Source of the DNA: Catajapyx aquilonaris
Taxonomy: Eukaryota
Assembly (NCBI GenBank): GCA_000934665.2
Contig: JYFJ02000741.1
Span: forward strand, 62,001 to 126,000
Direction of reading: 5' to 3'
Length of the DNA stretch: 64,000 bases
Shown piece after piece: positions 56,149 to 64,000 of this stretch. The position numbers and the translations under genes are program-made. Under the pieces are notes generated by a model that ran no database searches, was not told where the DNA came from, and saw only the letters and a program-made list of their open reading frames with translations. Numbering within the stretch: position 1 is the stretch's first letter; each line of letters starts with the position of its first letter.

Positions 56149-56874
56149 ATAATACTGTACTACCTGCGACGCTGAATCAGGGAACATGCCAGAAATTGTA
56201 TTTAGAATGGGCTCAAGTGAGGAGAGATTTGAGCTGAAACACCGGGTGTGCAATCCTCTTTGGTGTTTCGGGGGCTATTATCTCCTGCTTGGCCATTCAG
56301 GTAGTAGGAGTGTTGGTCGCATTGCTTATTCATTTGCGATAATTAAGGCGTACTCCTCCCTTTACTCGTGTCCCTGCTGCATTTCAAGAACAGGTACAAG
56401 AAAGTCTGTGGTAATTTTGCGGAAAATACTCGAATAGACAAAATCAAATGCATTTTTGCAGCACACTGTTTGATTACTATTATTATTATTGCCAGCAGAA
56501 AAACAAGTCGATTATTATGAAGTGGAGCTCCAATATTTAGTATTAGCCAATTTCAATAATCATATATTTACCATTCCATGTTATGTGATGACAGTGAATG
56601 ATGCGATGATAATTTAATCACAACGAAAATGAATATTTTGTGGCACAGATCAAGCATACTACGACCTCCGCTATTTAATTTGCATAATTGTTATAATAAA
56701 TTAGTTAATTAACTCTTTACTTGAAAGTGCCAGTGGCTGTATATCTGTAGCATACAGTTTACGCTTAAAAATTGTTCACGCCCAGTTCATTCTTGTTCAG
56801 AATTAAACTGAATGAAAAGTCGTATACCATTTGTTTGCTAATTTGCAATGCATGTGATGTTTTCGCCCATTTAT

Positions 56875-56961
56875 TGATTAACCTGCGCCTTGTTTTTGTC
56901 ACTTTTACAGGTAAGTATTGAATTATTAAAATGGCCAGAGGTGCATGATTTAAGGGTAAGT
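56875..56961 (+). other. Candidate recursive splice site (ratchet point) with 45-nt cryptic RP-exon
   Basis: Branch-like TGATTAAC (56875-82), then pyrimidine tract CCTTGTTTTTGTCACTTTTA, then CAG|GTAAGT (AG 56909-10, GT 56911). No AG dinucleotide from 56820 to 56908. A second perfect donor, GG|GTAAGT, at 56956. Confidence 0.7.
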
Positions 56962-59900
56962 TCAGGCTGGCACGTAAATAATTCACCTATCCTCGCACAA
57001 GATGCAGAGAATCTGAAAACCACGCCTGTGAACCGATGTCTCAAGAGCTCAGTAGGAGTAGCACCTAACATTATTGGAAGGCTCTCGTTTGATGTTGGCA
57101 GGATTTTGCGAAAGAGGTAGCTATAGTGTGGTGTATCCTGGTTTGGTGATGAAGCCCGGTGGCGTGCGTTTCGATCAGGATAGAGACTGCGGTGGTGCAC
57201 AAAGCTATAGGAAAAGTACAGGGTGCGGCGAGAGTAATCAGGCTTTGGAAATCACTGCTCTCCCACAGGATTCCTGAGGCTTATCTGTGCCTGACCAGAC
57301 AGGCCTCTTCATCTCTTTTCCCTTTCCAACACCTCCTGGATAAAAAAGGAGAGGGTTCCTGCTATTGCAAAGCTTAACCGGTCGTTAAGATCGGCAAGCC
57401 TGAAAAGTTTGAGCTAAATTGCTCAACAGTGGAACTTAATGAAGTCTTCGGATTGTGCTCAAGGCACTAAATATACACATTTTTGGGCCTCTCTCCGGAT
57501 TTGTCTGTGCTTAAGGAACGTGTTAACTTAAACTCAGCTTAATTGCACCTTGAGTCTGGTCCGAAAAAGAATCCCAATTTGCTGTGCAAAGATCCACGTA
57601 CTTTTTTGCATGTCGACTGTGCCTACATTCCTTTCCCGAAGCTTCCGCCGAAATCAGCAGGACATTTCAGTCGGATAATGAGTCCGGAGCTTTAATTCGA
57701 AATTTAAGAAGTTCGCCTTTCATTTCCTGGCTAACGATCTCCCTGTTGAGCTATTTCAACAAGCCTGCAATCATTCGTCTTCTTTTTCCGGACCCAGAGC
57801 AGGGGCAAAAAAGAGAGCTACATTCCGGAAAAAAGGGACGTTCATAAATTATTCTCAACCCTGTTTGTGACCAACCCCTTTGGAATTTACAATATATCGT
57901 TTTGTCAATTGGCTCGATCATATACGGAATGGTTAATATAGATTTGAAAATTCAAAATAATTGTTTCAAGGCTAGCAGCAGATTTTAGTTGCATTGCAAG
58001 AAAAACTGGTTGAACGGGATAGCCAGTTTGTGTACCTAGGTATAGGTTCGATGATGATAATCTTGCACCTTAAGACAGTTTTTTGACATATTTTTGATTA
58101 ATCATCACCGCATCTGAATTTGATATGAAACAGCGACCAACTTGTCAATTTGCATTTCTGCATCCATTCCGTAAACCGGTTCAAAAAAAATAAACAAAAG
58201 TCGCGTTTTAGGCCCCAAATTGAACCAGTAATCGCGCAGTTATGAACAGGGCGCGCGGCCAGAAACCCCCGCGAATTAATTTGCGAAAATAATGCTGTTA
58301 GTCGGCCGCGCCAATACCCGGGCCCCGACACGCCATCTGCTAGTTTAGTGGGCCCAACCAGCACATGTGAAGCCGCAACCATGTCAGCACCGACTGAATA
58401 ATTCCTCCTGGCCTGCGAAAGACAACCAAGAGGGTACGCCACTTCATACAAAACAAGACACTGCGAAAATCACGCAGACTAATGCAATTTTCGGAGCTCT
58501 TGGAAAACGGCTACAAATTTTGCACAGCTCTCAGAGATTTAAGCCGCGGATGGAAAACACCTCTTAACAACAAAGAGACGTAAATCAAACGGTTAAAAGC
58601 ACCAGCAGTAAATCACGGATTAACCGTCCACTTAATAGCATTAAAAAGGAAGCGTTAGTCTAGGGCGTCAGGAGCGTGTCATGGCCGCTTGATATGAAAT
58701 ATTTCAACACCTCCCGCGGCATAAATTCATCGGCTGCAACTTTGCATGGGACACAAAGTGCGCTAAGCACTTTTCCCTGCGACCCTACCCTGAATCTGAT
58801 GGCGACAAATAAAATTAGAACCCCCTGTGTCCCGGTTCATTTATCAGCGTCAGACCCCGGTAAAATTTAGTGTACTGCTGCAAATTGCACAGTCCCGTGT
58901 GATTGTCGCTCAGCCCCCCCTTTTTTTATCCGGGCTACCCTTTTCACTCCGGGGGTTTTGCAACTTGCCGAATTCCAACTTGTCAGTCGTTTGAGCCTAA
59001 AGCGTGAAAATGGCTCATTCCAACATTTTTTGCCCAGGTGAGTCGCACCTGAAAAGGTTCGTCGTTTCTCTTCCACACTACTCCGGATTCCTGATCCGGA
59101 TTTCTGGCTTTGTGTGGCGACCCGGTCCTTGCAGAAGCACTTGGAGGTTAGAGAAAGTGAGGAATCCGGGGCTGACAAAATTATGCGGTTCATTTGGCAT
59201 CTAGTGGTGGCCTGTAGATTATTATCCTGTACTCTAGGGGTCGGACTGTCGCCTTATACTTTCTCCGGTCTCAGTTGGGGACCGAAAAAAATGGTAGAGA
59301 GAAAATGGTTTTTGATTGCTCGTTTCATATTTCATGGGGGATGGTGCGGAAGAAAACGACCGGTCTGATCTTCGTCTGGTGGCATGGAACCAAGTAAACG
59401 ATGGAGATCGATGTTGCCTCCCTAGAGCCAAACCTGAATTTTCTGTACAGGAAAAACTTTCAGAAAGTACTGATGGAGCTTTCCGGTATTTAGGGTGCCT
59501 AGACGGTGATCAGAGCCAGAAAATGCCCAACAAAAATAGTGAGCAGAAAACCACTAAAAATTAGCCCATACTCTATAGTATGCCTAGTGTCCTATACTGT
59601 ATATAGGACGGTTGTCCCTCCAAAAAATTACAGTATTTTTAAAAAATTAATAAAAACACATTTTAAATTCTTCAGAGAGTAATATGGCAAAATATTCAAT
59701 TTCACATTATTATGAATTTTTTCATCTTGCTTGACATTAGATCGATTGATTGAACTATTTTCAGGAAGTGGGAAGTTTCGAGCCTCGCCACCGAAAAAAG
59801 AGCGTTAACTATTCTAGGGCCCGGGTGAGAATTTAGGGAACATTGAGATTCATTGCCCCCTGGAAGTAGCAGCTGCAGCTTCCTCTCGGACAAGAACGGG

Positions 59901-62900
59901 TTGGATGTAACTGTATATCAGGGGATTTATGGGCCGGAGCTGCGGTGCTTCCATCCCACATTTTAATCTCAACTACGCTCGCTTCACGCACTAAGACATT
60001 ATGTGCTAAATGCAACTGTTAGCATTTCCATGTTGGATGAACATGATGAATCGTCCTGATTTTGGGTGCTGGGCCTCGAGCCCCTGAATTAATCTTAACC
60101 TTTGTACCTGACTCTGGACAGTGGAAGTAACAACTCTATACACATTAAAGCCCTCTTGGGCTTCCATATAGTGCGATTCTGTGAAATACGAGGCGTTGAA
60201 AAAAAACGGGTGTGCACAAATGACATGATTGTGTAAAGTGACAGCGTCACCAACTGTTATTGTTTCCCATTCGATTAACTTGTTAAGTTTCGAACTGTCA
60301 CTGACAGTTCCTCTAATTACAGCAAAACCGCGGTGTTTGCTTTGTAGCGTAATAAGTCTGCACTACCCCTCTTTTGTATTAATTAGTGGGGGGTACTACT
60401 GCGGAATAGTGAGTCCCAAGAGGGTGGTCTGATTCGCCAATTTATAAAACCAGGTTTTCTTCCCACTTTTTCATAGATTAACATTGAAAGCGGTAATTAC
60501 GCAGAACTTTAGTTTTTGAGGGCCCCAAAACTTTGACACAATAAGGCCAGAAAATGACAATGAATAATTACGGGTTTAATTTGCCTTTTGACAATGTGAA
60601 AACGGCAATGCACATTATAATACACAGGGGGTGACAAATAGAGAGTGGCAGGGTGGGTGGGGAGGAGGTGGGGAATTAATTAGACCTAGGGAAGAATATT
60701 GATTTTGTACAGTGAAAGTAGCAGGAAATTGCCATTTGACTTGAAAATGAGCGGCAGGGAAGGGTACGCTTTATATTTTGTAAAATCGGGAATGCAAATG
60801 ACTGATTACGTACACCTTGTTTATTGGAAGCGGTACGTGCAGTGCGGGCTCGTCATTTAACGCATGCCAAGTATTACACGGAATTGGTTGTTGTAAACTT
60901 AACCACAAACGAGAGCGCTCCCCCACTGCTCTCTCTGTACTCCACTAGTGCATGCAAGCTACACCAGGGTTCGAATTTTGTTATTGTAACCGGCTCTGTG
61001 ATCCACATGCACAATTGCGGCACATTACATAGGAAAATGGGCGCAAATGGTATAATTAGTCGTTATTTTCCACCCCCACTGAAGCGATGCGACTTTAGAA
61101 ATTGTGCCAATTAGACGGATTAGTCTTTGCTTTTGATCTGCGAGTATTGTAAAAGAAAAAACTCCGTTTGTCATCCCTCCGCTCTGGCGAATATAAGCGA
61201 TATTAGCGAGGACCATAATCAGATGACATACCTAGGTTTGACAGCCCTCCTTTTGGGCAAAAGGCGACACACTCCGACGAAAACTGGAAATCGATTATTA
61301 TAACGACGTCTCTCTCTTCTCGCCACATCAAACGACCCCCTTTGATTTTCTGAAACCACGCCTTTTTCATTTTCTTGCAAGACGTGGTCCGTAATGGTAC
61401 AAAACTGGCCGGATTTTTCGCAGTGTATCCCTCCGCAACAAGTTAAAGTCTTGTCAACTTGTTAAATTCCATTTGTTAATAAGGGATTTCCAGACGGGGC
61501 CCGGTTGCCTTTGAGTTGTTACAAGCCGCGGGCTTTGTCCGCACTACAGCAAAACGAGTGTAGAGCACTGCGGGTGGGGATAATACCATTGCAGGGTTCG
61601 TTGCGCCCGGGAATTCATTGGACAGCTGGGTGGAGGCTTGGGGGATATTATTGCGCTCGTTACGAACCAAAGTTATGTTCTTTTATTTTGGTCTCGACGA
61701 TGGGCACACGTTTCTGCTCATCCTCGCTGGAGCTGTTCATTTCCAGAAGAGAAAAAAAATTTGTTGGACTTTTGGGAGAAAAAGTTCTGGAGTAAACGGC
61801 CATCTTTGAAACAGGGGGAGAGGCTGGTTCCGGATGTCGTGGCAGAAAATGTGTTTACCCCCGTAAATATATATAGGGGAGTTGCTTTATCTTGGGAGGA
61901 ATGGTCCGTCTCTAAACCTTCAATGTTGCCATCTGGAATTGATTCCTGCCACTTGAGAAGTCAGGGGAAGGAGGCCATTCTGCCTTATCCGCTGTTCATG
62001 CGCTTGAATGGCTTTTGGTAGAAGCCGATCGGGGGTAAAAGTTTGGAACAAGGTGTCGCTCCCCGTTGCACTCATCTTTTTCTGGAAGGGGGGGAAAAAG
62101 CCAAGATTATTTCAAGCTAAAGGATGCCACGCGCAGAAACTGATCTTAGGCGAAAAAGCTCAGGTTTGCCAACAAAAAGCCCTACAAGTGCGGCTTAACT
62201 TTCACCTTCGTTCCAGTCCAGGGCTATACCGGGTGCGGTGTGGGGGTGCTTATCTCAAGTTAAGGAGGCCTCCTCGTTGTCCTGAAATTGAGCGACATGG
62301 TTTGGCACTTGGCTGTATAGGGATGCAAGCGGTGGAGCGCGAAATGTGATGATAACATGGCTATTTTGTTTCGGGAACATGAAAAATTTGAGTATCTTTT
62401 ACTATATGAGCTATAGCTGAATAAGGTGGAGGCAGTGATTTGCAGGCTACAAGATCCCACGCGGACTGTATCTGCTTAGGGTACAGTATTCAGTCAAGGA
62501 CCTCTAGAGGTTATTCTCCCTTCGCAACTTCTTTGTAATTTGATGGCCACAGTTTTGGACATAATTATTCGCTACACCTGTTTAAACATGCTGATTATTC
62601 CTGGTTGTTGGTGGGAAGTTCAAAGTTCCGAGTTTTCACTGGCGATTTTGTAAGCTCGCTGCCCAGATTAACTGGTTATTTTTAAGTCAGTAACCGACTG
62701 AGGTACCATATGAGATGTTCACAAAGTGATTTGCCTGTTGCAATCTAGCACATCTTGCCAATTCCTGCTTGCCAGAAGGTATGTAAGGAACGTCTGTGAT
62801 GTAGAAGGAAATGACAGTTTATTGACCTTAAAGAGCTGACTGTGTTTAACCAACCTATACTAAGTACAACACTTCCCACTATTACTAATGAGTGCCCTTT

Positions 62901-63894
62901 AACCCCTATGTACTAATCATTAAATCTGCATGTTTAATGGGTAGTAAGATGCTTCAGTGACTGTTTGGAAAACATCATAAAACTTTTACATAACAATTTT
63001 CATTTTTTTGCCAAAGGCTGATGGTTGTTTTCAACTGAACACTTCTCACTTTCCCTGCAAGAATATTCAGTACACTGTAATTAAATCATGACACAACTGC
63101 CTACAACAGCCAAGATGTTTGTACAGGGTGCCAGGTCAAAACCTCTCCTCCTCGGCCTAGCAGTGGAGCCAAGCCCCTGCATTATGCGTGCCCTGCTTCA
63201 CTTGAATGTCAGAGAGTTAAGATTTTAACAGTAAAATAATTAATGAACATAAAGTGGGACACAGAGGTGTTGGCGTGACTCCAAGAGCGGGGAGGCTGCA
63301 TTACGCAACTCACAAGCAGCGTATGAAGTCGAATCAAGAGTCTCCATGCATCTTTCATTCCTCCTGGAGCCTAAGGGAGTTTCTCAGTTCCTGTCCTTCA
63401 TATCAGTTGGGTCCTTCCCACTAAAATTCTCCTATTAAACATTCCAATCTGTGCTGGACAGTCGCCCCGGTGAACGAGCACAGACCTTGTTCCCACCCTA
63501 ATCGAATCTCGCTGATTGGAAGGCAATGATGAGCATCCTCCTTCCTCCCCCGCGTTTCCCACAATCCAACAGGTCCACAGGGCTCGGAAAAGCCCACTAG
63601 GACCCGGAGGAGAAGTCACATCTGTCAGCTCCAAACCGGCCTTAAAACCGACTCCTGCTTGTTAACAACCGAACCCAGCCTACAACCAGTTACGGCATAC
63701 GAATCGTGACGTAGCCAGTGATTTGTTAAATACCATTTATTTCAATAGTGGTGAGCTTCTGAGAGCTGGGGCGTCTTCATATTTCCCACTCTGCTCCATC
63801 AGGTCCATGCAGCCTCTCGCTGGATCGATTCCTCTTTCCACGTAGCCCCACCTTGCCTGGGGTGCATGAACCGGTCCTCTCTCTGCTTTTCCAG

Positions 63895-64000
63895 TCGCAC
63901 TCACGCATGTTGTACGTGTACGCACGCACACCTGCGCCGATGTCAAGCACAGCCGGAGAGTCGGTTCGGAACGTGGTTTTCACAAAGTTTTGCTCCGGCT
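63895..64000 (+). other. Possible exon running off the window end, product unknown
   Basis: Acceptor TCCTCTCTCTGCTTTTCCAG (63875-63894; 17 of 18 bases before the AG are pyrimidines; no AG from 63846 to 63892). All three + frames stay open to 64000, with an ATG at 63907. A minus-strand exon reading PEQNFVKTTFRTDSPAVLDIGAGVRAYTYNM and ending at a GTGAGT donor (63904-63899) is also possible, so strand is uncertain. Confidence 0.3.

Noticed and set aside
57978..57998. Partial similarity to miR-33 (TAGTTGCATTGCA)
   Set aside because: Only the 3' 13 nt match, the seed is mismatched and I see no precursor hairpin. I recognised no other conserved miRNA by eye.
79..63983. All ORF-track entries, including the longest (3461-4246, 261 aa; 25320-25973, 217 aa; 6716-7291, 191 aa)
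   Set aside because: No recognisable domains. Many start at GTG or TTG, they overlap randomly on both strands, and they are rich in residues encoded by homopolymer runs. The longer ones fall in A-type blocks, where stop codons appear scarcer.

Overview
This window is not prokaryotic. It reads as essentially non-coding eukaryotic DNA, probably from an invertebrate animal: CpG is plentiful by eye, and it contains TA-flanked MITEs, a DINE-1/HINE-like GTCY repeat and a CCTAA telomere-like tract. None of the ORF-track entries resembles a real protein, and I see no RNA gene, CRISPR array or operon. The best-supported reading is that much of the window is a very long intron transcribed on the + strand. 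It carries two strong recursive-splice (AG|GT ratchet-point) candidates, at 45169/45170 and 56910/56911, each followed 40-65 nt later by a cryptic donor. A strong acceptor at 63894 may close the intron. Other features are two complete TIR elements (11087-11335 and 31886-32363), a telomere-like tract bracketed by a 13-bp direct repeat, small tandem repeats, and an N-gap overlap artefact at about 49 kb. The most unusual signal covers the whole window: it alternates every ~1-2 kb between blocks rich in homopolymer and purine/pyrimidine runs and AT-richer blocks of alternating purines and pyrimidines. I saw this by eye and with a few hand counts, so it needs computational confirmation.
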